From assembly GCF_006345805.1 (NCBI RefSeq), contig NC_043006.1, forward strand, positions 35,650,001 to 35,714,000: a DNA stretch of 64,000 nt. The letters are read 5' to 3'. Below are positions 1 to 12,888 of this stretch, piece by piece; position 1 is the stretch's first letter; every line of letters begins with the position of its first letter. The DNA is from Octopus sinensis (taxonomy: Eukaryota). The notes under the pieces were generated by a model. That model did not search any database. It was not told the DNA's origin and saw nothing but the letters and a program-made list of their open reading frames with translations. A program made the position numbers and the translations under genes.

Positions 1-334
1 TGGCCTTTCTTCCTTCATGTATTCTTAAAAATCCATAAACGTTGTACTGATTTGCAAATGAATTCAATTAGCGTATATTTCTGTGATAACTGGAATTGAA
101 CCTCTAACGCCGCAGACGATCAGGTCAATCTTATATTTTACAGACGACATAATGACGGTAACTCTATGCATTCGGTGAACTTGTTACAAATATTTGGTTT
201 ACCGATAAATTCGTTTCTTTATATTTTCTAATTCGCACTCCATAATTATATGTCCGCACTGGAGTAAAATTTATTCAGATTTCAAAAGCGGTAAAGAAAG
301 AATAAAGTTTTTTTTTTAAAACTATCTTTTATAC

Positions 335-518
335 TTTATTTGTTAAACTGCGGTCATGCTGCGGTACCGCCTTGAAGAATTATTCGTCGAATGAATCAAA
401 CCCAGTACTTATATTTCTTTCTAAAGTCTGGTACTTATTCTATCGGACTCTGCCGAACCGCTAAGTTAGAGGTTGTACACACAGGTTGTCAAGCATTAGT
501 GAGGTACAAACAAAAAGA

Positions 519-576
<58 letters not shown>

Positions 577-710
577 CGACGTGATTCTTTTTTAGTTCCC
601 CTCTCCTATTTCCACTCAAGGCTTTGGCCGGCCCAAGTTTATAGCAGAAGACACTTGCCCAAAGCACCACGCAGTGAGATTGAACCCAGAACCATGTGGT
701 AAGGAAGCCT
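335..710 (-). mobile_element. tRNA-derived SINE, CORE-like (Octopus OR1-type by recollection) with internal CA/TA microsatellite
   Basis: Minus strand reads GCTTCCTTACCACATGGTTCTGGGTTCAATCTCACTGCGTGGTGCTTTGGGCAAGTGTCTTCT: a B-box-like GGTTCAATC followed by a CORE-like TTGGGCAAGT. Related copies lie at about 41370-41725 and 60585-60955. Confidence 0.75.
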
Positions 711-1564
711 ATGCCTATGATAAAAAATATTTTTCTTGTTAATTCAAATAATATTGTAACGGATGAAAATAAATGGAGAAACAAGTAAAATTAACAAATT
801 CGCTTGACAACCCATGGTGTACTCAACCATAGTGCGAATGCATCGTCGTTCGATCAGCTAGAAATTCGCCCCCAAATAATAACCTATTGTCTCAAATAAA
901 TGCGGGATATACTGTCAAGGAGAATAGAACAGAGTGTATAACTGCATCGCTTTCACAAGAGGTTAAGGTCTTGGGTGGAAAGTCTTGTATCAATGATATG
1001 CTCAATCAAGAGTGACATTATATCTAAATAACATCTCATCCTTATCTCTCTTACGTTAGCAGAAGAGCTAACTATTTAAAGGTAAAATATCATTTACAAA
1101 AAAACATTCGGGTAGTAAAGGCGCCATAACAGGAAATTAACTGACAGATTCTTCATTGAAAATGACATGTTAGAACGTTTTACTTCTCACACACAAATCG
1201 AATAAATTATGTATGTAGGTGTACGTGCGTGCGTTATGCAATCTGTAATCGGTGTTTGCGAGTTAGTGTCTGTATCTGTGCTTCATATTCCGTATAAGCG
1301 ATGTTTATGAGTATGAGATGGTGTGTCTAATTGTGTGAACACCCGATGTGTGTGTTTGACGCATAAACGGTTTGTTTGCATATACTAACGCATTTATTTT
1401 GTTTATTCAATTTTCTTTACACTACTCACTACTCGCCTGTTTATTATCTCGCAATCTCTTGAAATATAAATCAATACACTCTGGCTTTCTGATTGTGTTT
1501 ATTTTACTACATATATATATAAATACATGCATGTACGTATATACATATGCATACTTACGCACAT

Positions 1565-1667
<103 letters not shown>

Positions 1668-3889
1668 TAAAATCTTAGTTAAAACGTTATAAAAGCATTT
1701 TATAGGTATATAATGGAAATACATTCATAATATATGAAATAGGTTTTTCACGGACACACGCTCTAGCATACTCAACACTGAAATAATCCGCGTGGTAGTC
1801 AGCAACGGATATCAAAACGTGGAAACCTTAACAGAATAACTACTTATGCACATATACGATTATCTAGGTATTTTACACCGGAAACGATCGTTGAAATATA
1901 GAGAAACCTCTTCAGGTCTATCTGCTGATAAAATAAAATGCACAAGTCTTTACATCTTAGTTCAGCCCTTTTCTACACATTTATGAAATATTTATACATT
2001 TGTCTCAGTGTTCTTTAGAAGGTACATTACTCTCTGTTAATTATAAATTAGCTTTCTTATATTACAGAAACATATTTTATACGAGTTAATCACTAAAATA
2101 CTTTACGCAATGAAAAGTCTTTTAGACCACTAAAAATATTTTGCAATGTTAAATTCTATATTTCCCTGTTTGCGTTCATAAATAATTTATTTTCGGCCCT
2201 CAACCTTTTAACTTTCAGCTGATAACGGCAAATTCCATGATATCATTTGTTTAATGTTATGGTTTATTTCATGATATCAATATGTTGTTTAACGCTGTAG
2301 CATATTCTATGATGCGAAAAATCTTATTATTTTCTTCGAATCTTTTTATAGGATAAACTGCTGTCGAAAATTGACGAACGAGACCTAGAGACAGCTATTA
2401 AAGAAGAAGAAGAAGTAAGTATTTGAAATAGAATAATTTCAGAGCATGAATGAAGTATTTATCAGTTATTTTTCTTTTATTTACTCATGCATATTTCTTT
2501 CGATTCTAAATGGTGTGTTATTATAGAGATAAACAACCACCAGCCCCACCATCAGCAAAACCATTCAGCCCCACCTCAGTCGTCTTTCACTGATTCTCAG
2601 AAAACATGGAAATATCCAGAAAAATGATAAATGAAAGTCCCTACGCGAACTCGCAACTTACTAGAAATTGCAGCCAATTCTTCTTTAAGTTAAAAGCTCT
2701 GCCGTAATGAATACAGAAAGACGGTCTTCGAGAAAGTAGTTCTAAATGTACAAATGATAGGAGAAGGATTCTTATCATAGAACAGTTAAAACAACAACAA
2801 CAACAGCAACCAGCGAAGTGACTCATTGAAGGAGTCTCTATGTGTTCTCGTGACTTGTTAGAAATAGCAATCAAAGAGATTAGTAAGAGAAGTCTGTTCC
2901 CTCATCCATGATTCTGGATCCTCTTAGTCTCAACTTCAGGATGAAGTAATATTGGCGTGTGTTGTCTTTTAAATAGGTAGGACCAATGTGTTTGATCTAG
3001 ACATTACCGTAAATGTTCCAGTTTTAAGTTTAGCTTTATACATTAGCAATCAGGTATATATATTTTGTATGTTACTCATGTATGTTGTGCTGAGTGTTTC
3101 AATCACCATTATTTATTTCTGTGACGAAATATATTGGTCAGAAGGACTTTGGTTATTATAAATTTATTTTGGAAAAGTATTGTCATTTTATGATTTGCTA
3201 TAACCCGTTTAGTAGTTTAGTGTTATGTTTTACAAAAGTCTTTATATCAATTGATTCAGATAATACGCTTTATGTAGAGCTGAATAAATTCAATGGATTT
3301 ATATACCTAATAAATCTATTAAGCTGCATCTTTTCTTGTATTGATATCTAGTTTGGTCTATTAATTTATTTTGAATTTTTTTGACTTCTATACGAAGAGC
3401 CTCGTTTGTGAATCAGATCTAAATGCTTTTCTATATAAGGATGTTGATATTGCCATTTCAGATTCATTGCCTTCAATTCAATATCATATCTATTTATATG
3501 GCGTATTTGTTATTTTGCCCTGGATGCTGATGACTGCAAATGAAGTAATTGCATCAAAAGAATTATTATTAGCATCATCTGGCCTGTTCTGGTTGGTGAT
3601 TTTTTATATAGAGCCATTTTCTTGATTTGTTTTGTTTTTGTTGTTTTTTGGTTTTAATTTCTCGATATCACTCTAGTGTGTCCTTTACAACATCAGTGCT
3701 ACCTCACGTATATCACATGATGGTGTCTTGGTCCCTCTTTATTCTCATTTATGATCAGTAGAAGGTCAATAATTCGGAGACAAATAGAGAACTCACACTG
3801 ACGACTGGATTACCTGAAATTAATTGTTATATACAGGCATGATATCAATTACTTTTGCTCCCATTCACTATATATACTAAAATATACAT

Positions 3890-4151
3890 ATACATAGACA
3901 CACACACACACACACACACATAATACATATATATATATATATATATTATATATAATATATAATATATATATAAATATATATATATGGCATAATTCAAATA
4001 AAAAGACTGTTATCACATATTTAATGAGAAGTATTTATACATACATATTTAGACGCACACTCGTATATATTTACTCGTACATGTATGTGTATCGTTGTAA
4101 ATATGCGTACATATGTATATACATATATATATACGTATATATATATATATG

Positions 4152-4196
<45 letters not shown>

Positions 4197-4261
4197 ATAT
4201 ATAATTATATGTATGTATATATATATATATATATAATATGCTATATATATTATATATATTA

Positions 4262-4293
<32 letters not shown>

Positions 4294-4432
4294 CTGTATA
4301 TATATATGTATATATATATATATCTACTGTATATATATATATGTATATATATCTATATATATAGTATAATATATATATATATCTATATATATATATATAT
4401 ATAATATGTATATATTATATATATATATATAA
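3890..4432. repeat. Long (CA)n/(TA)n microsatellite complex 5' of the LINE
   Basis: Directly visible. A matching (TA)n tract follows the LINE at about 6750-7095. Confidence 0.95.
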
Positions 4433-6750
4433 TCCTAGTGACCTCCCCAGCCCACCCACCCATTTGACAACATGGATCTCCATAATGCCAACTGGGATGC
4501 AATCAGGAACGAGCTATCACATGTTGACTGGTCCTTTACACATAACACATCTCCACCAACCATAAAACATCTTGGCAGATCTTTGTAGACACCGTCACAG
4601 ACATATGTGCAAAACACTCCCCACCAAGACTGTGAACAAAAAGTGCAGAATCTCCCAAAACAGAAAACCATTATCAGAAAAATAAAAAGAACAAACAAAA
4701 AAATTAACAAACTAAAGTACTGCCAACAGCAACACACACAATCGACGGCTATCTCACTGCTTGAATCCAAAAAATATAACCTCCAACAATGCATGAAGAC
4801 CCTCATCAATAACCAAAGATCAGCTGAGGAGAAGTGGGCCATTGAAAAAATCAAACTCAACCCCAAAGTGTTCTTTTCATTTGCGAGGAAACGCAGGGTC
4901 ACTGTCTCCATTGTTGGCCCTCTAATTGATGAAACTGGCACTCTCCAAGATAACGCCAAATCCATGGCCGAGATACTGCAGAAACAATACTGCTCTGTTT
5001 TCAGCAATCCTGATATGGCCGATCTGGGCTGTATCAGTGATATCAACTCCCAATACACTATATCGGACATAACGTTTAGTGCCCCTGATGTCTTAGCGGC
5101 GATAAACGAAATAAAACACAATTCAGCAGTAGGCCCCGATAGGTTCCCTGCTTGTGTCCTGAAGGTGTGTCGACACCAACTTGCATCTCTCCTTGCTAAT
5201 CTGTGGAGAAACTCACTGGATGCTGGCTATATTCCAAAAAACCTTCTGTCCCAGTCTGTTGTCCCAGTTTTCAAAAAGGGAAACAAGTCACTTGCAGTGA
5301 ATTACCGTCCGATCTCACTCACCTCTCATATCATCAAGGTATTTGAGAGGGTTGTGAGATCTCGAATAACCCAATTTCTGGAAAGCAACAGACGGCTGAT
5401 CTCCAACCAACATGGGTTCCGTAATGGAAGGGACTGCCTAACGCAGCTCCTGCATCACTTTGAGGACATTTTGAGAGCTTTGGGAGAGGGCTCCAACACC
5501 GACGTCATCTACCTTGATTTCAGTAAGGCCTTCGACAGGGTCGATCACAAGATCCTATTGAAAAAACTATCCAACATTGGTGTCTCTGGAAAGTTACTGA
5601 AATGGATCAAGTGTTTCCTGACAGACAGATCTCAACATGTTGTAGTTGAAGGGGTAAAATCAAGCCCAGCCAAATTCAGTAGTGGTGTTCCGCAAGGCAC
5701 TGTGCTGGGCCCACTTCTTTTCATCATTTACATTAATGACATTAATGACATCATCAAGCACAGCAACATAAAAATCTTTGCAGATGACTCCAAGCTACAG
5801 AAGGTCATAAATGAGGCGAGTGACCGGACATGCCTTCAGTCAGATCTACTGGCTATTATCCAATGGGCAGAAAAAAACAATATGCTGCTGAACGAGGATA
5901 AATTTGAGTTAATCCACTTTGGAAAAGAGGATGCCCTGAAACTCCCATACTCCCTTCCTTCAGGTGAAACTCTCGCGGCGTCCAACAACATCAGAGACTT
6001 GGGAGTAATTGTGGACAACAACATAAGCTGGGCCACTCATATAAACACCAAAGTTGACATGGCCCGCAGAATGTGTTCCTGGATTCTCAGAACTTTCCAG
6101 TCGAGAGATATCCACACCATTATCCTTCTCTTCTCCACTTTTTCCCGACCCCACCTTGAATACTGTTGTCCACTGTGGTCTCCCCACACAATACAAGGTA
6201 TCATAAAAGTTGAAGCACCTCAAAGGGCAATCACAAAAAAGATAGATGGCATGACAGGCCTCGACTATTGGGGTCGACTGGAAAGGCTAAAACTCTATTC
6301 TCTCCAACGTCGTCGTGAGCGCTACATCATCTGCATGATGTGGAAAATATTCCATCAGCATTGCCCAAATGATGTTGGCATCACCTTTAAGGTACATCCA
6401 ATGCTTGGGCCCCGTGCCATCCGCCCAAAACAAAAATCGCACTCTCATCTCATAACAACAATACGGCACAATTATTTCACCTCAATTGGCCCCGTTCTCT
6501 TTAACATTACACCAAAACACATTAAAACAGAAACTGATCCTATAGGGTTCAAGAAGTCTCTGGACAGATTCCTTCAAGAAATCCCGGATAAACCCCCTAC
6601 ACCCGGATATGTCTCTGTAAACAATAACTCTCTACTTGAGTGGGCCATAGTGCCCAAATTCTGACTTGAAAGACTTCACCAGGTGGTGCTATTAAGTTAG
6701 ACATGACCTGGGCCAATAATGGCCGAAACCTATCAAAGTACCAAAGTAAG
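4433..6750 (+). mobile_element. 5'-truncated non-LTR retrotransposon of the CR1/L2 group, embedded in (TA)n
   Basis: The post-endonuclease linker FDNMDLHNANWDAIRNELSHVDW (4463-4530) and, in a shifted frame, [20 protein letters not shown] precede the RT ORF. A short 3' UTR ends in CAAAGT-type repeats (ATCAAAGTACCAAAGT). No endonuclease domain is present. Confidence 0.93.
4607..6664 (+). CDS. LINE ORF2 reverse transcriptase region (685 open codons; the GTG start is an ORF-caller artefact)
   Basis: Non-LTR RT motifs: [92 protein letters not shown]. Confidence 0.95.
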   Translation: MQNTPHQDCEQKVQNLPKQKTIIRKIKRTNKKINKLKYCQQQHTQSTAISLLESKKYNLQQCMKTLINNQRSAEEKWAIEKIKLNPKVFFSFARKRRVTVSIVGPLIDETGTLQDNAKSMAEILQKQYCSVFSNPDMADLGCISDINSQYTISDITFSAPDVLAAINEIKHNSAVGPDRFPACVLKVCRHQLASLLANLWRNSLDAGYIPKNLLSQSVVPVFKKGNKSLAVNYRPISLTSHIIKVFERVVRSRITQFLESNRRLISNQHGFRNGRDCLTQLLHHFEDILRALGEGSNTDVIYLDFSKAFDRVDHKILLKKLSNIGVSGKLLKWIKCFLTDRSQHVVVEGVKSSPAKFSSGVPQGTVLGPLLFIIYINDINDIIKHSNIKIFADDSKLQKVINEASDRTCLQSDLLAIIQWAEKNNMLLNEDKFELIHFGKEDALKLPYSLPSGETLAASNNIRDLGVIVDNNISWATHINTKVDMARRMCSWILRTFQSRDIHTIILLFSTFSRPHLEYCCPLWSPHTIQGIIKVEAPQRAITKKIDGMTGLDYWGRLERLKLYSLQRRRERYIICMMWKIFHQHCPNDVGITFKVHPMLGPRAIRPKQKSHSHLITTIRHNYFTSIGPVLFNITPKHIKTETDPIGFKKSLDRFLQEIPDKPPTPGYVSVNNNSLLEWAIVPKF

Positions 6751-6791
6751 TATATATATATACTGTATATATATATATATATATATATATA

Positions 6792-7089
<298 letters not shown>

Positions 7090-7551
7090 CTGTATATAAC
7101 TGTTAATTTATCTATGTACCTGTAGACATACTGACAGAGAAACAGACAGACAGAAATTTTCAGTCACTGAATTTCAAAACAGACTGCAGAAGTTACTCAA
7201 AAACTAAAAACAACACTGCTCGAAATGTTGTACACGACGTTGCAAGCTCTTAGATTGTCTCACTTCTACAGTCTATATAATATATTGAATATTATTTATA
7301 TCCTGTTTGTGATCCAGACGTAGGTTTTACGCGTAAAACAGACTGAAAGAAATATGAAACAAAGGACGAAAGTATTCATAGAAAATTATTAGTAACATCT
7401 ATACATGTCCTTCAGTGATTGTTACACAATGTTTGCGTAACATTAATCTTATACAATCTTTCTCTATAAGCGTAACTTCAACAGAAACATTTTCAAATAA
7501 TTTGACATTATATCTTCCAACTTTATACCTCTTATCAGTACTCCATGACCG

Positions 7552-7944
7552 AGGAGGCGCAATGGTCCAGTGGTTAGGGCAGCGGACTCGCTGTCATAGG
7601 ATCGCGGTTTCGATTCCCAGACCGGGCGTTGTGAGTGTTTATTGAGCGAAAACACCTAAAAGGCTCCACGAGGCTCCGGCAGGGGATGGTGGTGATCCCT
7701 GCTGTACTCTTTCACCACAACTTTCTCTCACTCTTACTTCCTGTTTCTGTTGTACCTGTATTTCAAGGGGCCGGCCTTGTCACTCTGTGTCACGCTGAAT
7801 ATCCCCGAGAACTACGTTAAGGGTGCACGTGTCTGTGGAGTGCTCAGCCACTTACACGTTAATTTCACGAGCAGGCTGTTCCGTTGATTCGGATCAACCG
7901 GAACCCTCATCGTCGTAACCGACGGAGTGCTTCCATATATATCC
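7552..7944 (+). mobile_element. Full-length tRNA-derived SINE with 12-bp target-site duplication
   Basis: A box TGGTCCAGTGG, B box GGTTTCGATTCCC, and tail ending ...CGTAACCGACGGAGTGCTTCC. ACTCCATGACCG occurs at 7540-7551 and again at 7945-7956. Confidence 0.9.
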
Positions 7945-8159
7945 ACTCCATGACCGTTATAGCTGATGAGCCTGTAACATGCAATCATCTGCGTAATACA
8001 AATATTCTTCCTAAGCATTCATTTTGGGAACATATATATACCATGACATAAATTATGATATATATATATATATATAAGTATATACATACGCTCACGCAAA
8101 CATACACAAACACTCGATTATATATATGTATATATATATATAATATATATATGTATATT

Positions 8160-8415
8160 GGTAAAAATGGTAAGATAACAAAAGAAAGAAAGAGACCTCA
8201 ATATATGTAAATAAACGAAATTTATCTGTAAAAAAATATGTGACAAATTATTCAATAGCCAAGATAAAACTCTGAGTTTCGGATGCCGAGGTGGAAATCC
8301 ACAACACCATCTCTTCGGTTATCTGGCCGATGGTGTTGTGGATTTCCACCTCGGCATCCGAAACTCAGAGTTTTATCTTGGCTATTGAATAATTGTCACA
8401 TCTTATTTTACAGAT
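8160..8415. mobile_element. Penelope-like element terminal-repeat remnant with inverted (fold-back) duplication, between (TA)n tracts
   Basis: Arms at 8224-8311 and 8329-8415. The 66-bp core (8246-8311 vs 8329-8394) is a perfect inverted repeat. It contains a hammerhead-type motif typical of PLE pseudo-LTRs; the PLE assignment is inferred from that motif. Confidence 0.65.
8257..8328 (-). ncRNA. Type I hammerhead ribozyme-like motif (U4C variant)
   Basis: Minus strand: GGCCAGAUAA-CCGAAGA-GAUG...CAUCC-GAAA-CUC(A)GAG-UU-UUAUCUUGGC. Stem I GAUAA/UUAUC is extendable, stem II is long, stem III is palindromic, and the triplet is GUU. Confidence 0.6.
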
Positions 8416-8481
8416 ATATATATATAATATATATATAATATATATATATATATAAGTATATATATAATATAATATATATAT

Positions 8482-8514
<33 letters not shown>

Positions 8515-8544
8515 CTATATATATATATATATATATCTATATAT

Positions 8545-8600
<56 letters not shown>

Positions 8601-8928
8601 ATGTATGTATTTGCATGTATATGTGTGTGTTTGAATAAATGTGTATATATATTCTATTACTGTAGTGTTAATGTTCGTCATTTTCCATCCTGCTTGTATG
8701 TTGTTTCATTTACGTTTAGTGCCTGTTTTTCCATCCCATCAGATATTTCCCACGTTACTAACGTATTGAGAGAATAGTACCGTGAAATTTAAAGTCTTCG
8801 GTCTTTAAACACGCCAAAACTGCGCTTCTAGACTGGTCTCTATTGCTGATGATAGGTTTTCCATGCTTCTTCGTTTTGTGTTCTTTATCTGTTAATCGTA
8901 TCCAGATATGGTTGTTAGATAGACATAC

Positions 8929-9052
<124 letters not shown>

Positions 9053-9673
9053 GAATGGGAATGAGATATAAATAGATACTAAGAGGTAAGAGAACCAGTG
9101 GGAGAAAAAAAGATGGAGACGAAGAGAGAGAAGATAGAGATAAGTATGCATAAACACAGAGACTCCTACACAACACAAATTGCAAATATATTAAGATATG
9201 GAAGATTTCAAAAATAAAAAAAAAACAGTGTTGGTAATATAAAGATTGTTTCAATTTAATGTTTAGCTGCTTTTGTTTCTATCTTAGTGTTTCCTTTACA
9301 CAGGAAATAAAATTAGCGGTTATAAATAAAGAATAAGTTTCTGAATAGTGACATGAAAACCGAGAGACAGAGGTGGTTCGTTTGATAGGTATGGAGGTAA
9401 TTACGTAGGAAGGTAGGTAGAGATGTAGGCAGGCTAATGGAGGAGGTTTAGAGACATAGAGACGGGCATATACGAGTTCGTGGGAAAGTGTGCGAAGATA
9501 TGTTTGGATGCATGAATGTATGCGTGCATATCCATGCTCTTGGAATAAATGGAAGAAATTGTACAAAGTTGGGACGACGCATCTTAGGTAAAAACAAAAT
9601 ACAGCTGTTGATTTTTTAAAAAAATCTGATGGATAGAGAGATACAGAGAGACGTGGGAGAGAGAGTGAAAGAG

Positions 9674-9720
<47 letters not shown>

Positions 9721-9861
9721 GCGTGTGTATATGTGTGTGCGCGTGTGTAAGTGTGTATACACTTATACACCAGCTAATCAAGTAGTGGTATAAATATATA
9801 TATATATAATTTTAAGAAACGAGTAGTAAATAAACATGTATGTATGTGTGTGCGCGTATGT

Positions 9862-9963
<102 letters not shown>

Positions 9964-10449
9964 ACATACACACATATAGATGTATACATATATATGTGTG
10001 CATATATATATATATATATATGTACATATATAACGAGAGAAGTATAGAACCTGAGCTTGTGTGTGCATCTATTTGGTGTGTGTGTGTCTATGTGTATGTG
10101 TGTCTATGTGTGTGTGTGTATGTCTGTGTGTGTTTTTAAGCTAGATTATTGTTAGTAGATATCTTCTTGCGATGGGAAAGCACAAGAGACACAGCCTGGG
10201 TCGATAGGAGAGAGTTAGGTTTCCTAAGTGAAGGAACTTCGAGTTCACAATCGATCGCCTTCTATTTCTATTTATTTATTTATTCACTGTTTTTTTTTTT
10301 GATCTCTATGATTTTTTTTCTTTTTAAATTATTTTTTCTAGAAGCTTCCCGAAGCTTGTTTAAATGCTATTTGCTTCAGTTGTGTTTCTTGTTGGCTGGC
10401 TGGCTGGCTGGCTGGTTGGCGGAAGATGTTGATTGTATTTAGTAGTCAC

Positions 10450-11010
10450 ATTGGTGGTGGTGGTGGTGGTGGTAGTAGTAGTGGTGGTCGTCGTGGTGAT
10501 TGTGTTGGTTGCGGTTGTTATTGTTATCGTTGTTTGTTTTTGTTGTGGTTATTGTTGCTGTTGTTGAAGTTTTCCTTATTTTTTTTATCCTTTCTCTATG
10601 AAGCTCTGGTGTTTTCTATGAGAGATATGGCGGTGGTGTTGACGGAGCAGGTGGTGGTTGTGGTGGTGGTGGTGGTGGTAGTTATAGTGACGTTCATTGT
10701 TGTTGCTATGGCGGCGGTGGTGATGGTGGTGGTGGTGGTGGTGAGGTTGCTTCTTTGTCGATGGTGAGTGCTGTCATGGTGGTGGTAGTGACGATGCTGG
10801 TGGGGCGGTTGTAGTAAGACTACAGTGGTGGTGGTGGTGGTGGTGATTGTTGTGGTATTGGCGGTGGTGGTGGTGGTGGTGGAGCGTTTCGTTAATGCTG
10901 CTGATGGTGATGCTGGTGCTGGTATTGGTGGTGGTTGTATAGATGGTGAGGGTGGTGTTGTTGATTATGATGACGATGGTGGTGGTGGTAGGAAGATGTT
11001 GCACAGGTGG
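10450..11010. repeat. (GGT)n/(GTT)n low-complexity region
   Basis: Degenerate trinucleotide arrays with no splice-bounded coding pattern. Confidence 0.85.
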
Positions 11011-11300
11011 GGATGGTTGAGGGTGGTCTGGGATGTTTCAATGATGAGACAAAGGTTGAGATGGTGCGATGGTTGGGTGGTTAGAAACACTGCATTATGG
11101 GAAAACATTTAATGGAAGTTTCAGATTTAATAAGAGAACAAAGAAAGAGAAAACAAAAAGATTTTTTTTTAAATAAACAAATACGTTTTGTGTTCTTAAT
11201 GACTGGCGGATAGTATGATCTCATGGCGCATTTCAATGAGTACACTATCATCATCATCATCATCGTCGTCATCATTATTACTACCACTACTCTTAGCATT

Positions 11301-11338
<38 letters not shown>

Positions 11339-11354
11339 AATTGGTATTACATAA

Positions 11355-11570
11355 GGCGGCGAGCTGGCAGAAACGTTAGCACGCCGGGCGAAATGCGTAG
11401 CCGTATTTCGTCTGCCGTTACTTTCTGAGTTCAAATTCCGCCGATGTCGATTTTGCCTGTCATCATCTCGGGGATTGATAGATTAAGCAACAGTGTAACT
11501 CTGGTGTCGACGTAATCAATTAGTCCCCTCCCAACAAATTTGAGGCCTTGTGCCTCTACAAGAAAGTATC
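11355..11570 (+). mobile_element. tRNA-headed SINE with Meta-like core (OR2-type by recollection) and (ATT)n tail
   Basis: Head GGCGGCGAGCTGGCAGAA...GAGTTCAAATTCC, core GTCGATTTTGCCTGTCATC, then ...GGCCTTGTGCCT and (ATT)n. Confidence 0.85.
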
Positions 11571-11592
11571 ATTATTATTATTATTATTATTA

Positions 11593-11647
<55 letters not shown>

Positions 11648-11666
11648 CGTCATCATCATTATTACA

Positions 11667-11890
11667 GGCGGCGATTCTGGCAGAAACGTTAGCATGCCGG
11701 GCGAAATGCTTAGCTGTATTTCGTCTATCTTTACGTTCTGACTTCAAATTCCGCCGAGGTCGACTTTGCTTTTGATTCTTTCGTGGTCGATAAATTAAGT
11801 ACCAGTTGCGTACTGAAGTCGATCTAATGGAGTGGCCTCCTCCCCCAATACTTCAGCCCTTGCGCCTATAACAGAAAGGATTATTATTGT
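11667..11890 (+). mobile_element. Second Meta-like SINE copy in the tail of the first
   Basis: GGCGGCGATTCTGGCAGAA...GAGGTCGACTTTGC...GTCGATAAATTAAGTACCAG...AAGGATTATTATT. Confidence 0.85.
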
Positions 11891-12686
11891 TGTTGTTGTT
11901 GTTGTTGTTATTGCTATTGAGGTTAACTTTTTTTTTAAATATTGATTATCAGTAAATCACTATTAATAATACTACAACTAGTACGGGTAGTATTACTGCT
12001 TCTACTACTACTACTACTGCTCTTATTTCTGCTGTTATCTTATTTACTACTACTAATAGTTTTGCAATTTTTCACGTATCTGCTTTATAGGAAGTGCATT
12101 CCCGTGAGCCACAGGTGCATAAAGTTTGCTCATTTCTTGTGTATGCGGCTTGCTTTGATGTCGTTTATAGAGTTACTACATTGTCATTTCAGTTGTGCTT
12201 TTTAATGGTATTTTTTGTGTAATACAGGAATTATGTTTATCATTCTATTTACATTTTGTGGTAGCTGTTAATCTTAGCATATTGTGATTTTGTGTGTTTA
12301 ACCATATTTTTTACGAAAATACACACTCATATACATATTATCTACTGGGATATTTTTTACTGTTGTATATTTTTTTTCTTGCATCCATACCATAACATAA
12401 ATATAAACCCTAAGAACAAAGAAACACACGCAGACAGGAGACTGACCTGCAGTATGTAGGTGAGGACATTTAAAAGGCCGCGAACAGCGACTAAACGGCT
12501 TCACAAAAATAACTAATTGTTTCGTTGACGAATGACTAATGAGAAAATGAAATAGTTAATTGGTTAAAACAGTTAACCAATTGACGGATAATAAATGGGA
12601 GACACAGAACCAGAGAATGTCGTTATCATTGGCATAATGAGCTTCTCGAGACAACAGAATCTCCACGCTCTAGATGTTTCCAATAT

Positions 12687-12781
<95 letters not shown>

Positions 12782-12845
12782 TATATGCATACATACATAT
12801 ATATAATGGAATTATATATGCATATGGTAAAATCCCAAATTTTTT

Positions 12846-12888
<43 letters not shown>

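Noticed and set aside
3090-3620. Decayed Penelope-like coding remnant on the minus strand
   Set aside because: Only a vague HNTKLL resemblance among many stops; not supportable by eye.
4435-6469. Antisense ORFs (4435-5121, 5836-6036, 5960-6223, 6287-6469)
   Set aside because: They are shadow frames of the LINE RT coding strand.
6700-6735. Hammerhead in the LINE 3' UTR (stem followed by GAAAC)
   Set aside because: No CUGANGA-like core precedes the stem in either copy.
7552-7630. tRNA gene
   Set aside because: A and B boxes are present but there is no proper cloverleaf. It continues into a SINE body bounded by a TSD.
10426-11112. Gly/Val/His-rich protein exon
   Set aside because: Degenerate GGT repeats with no consistent open frame or splice signals.
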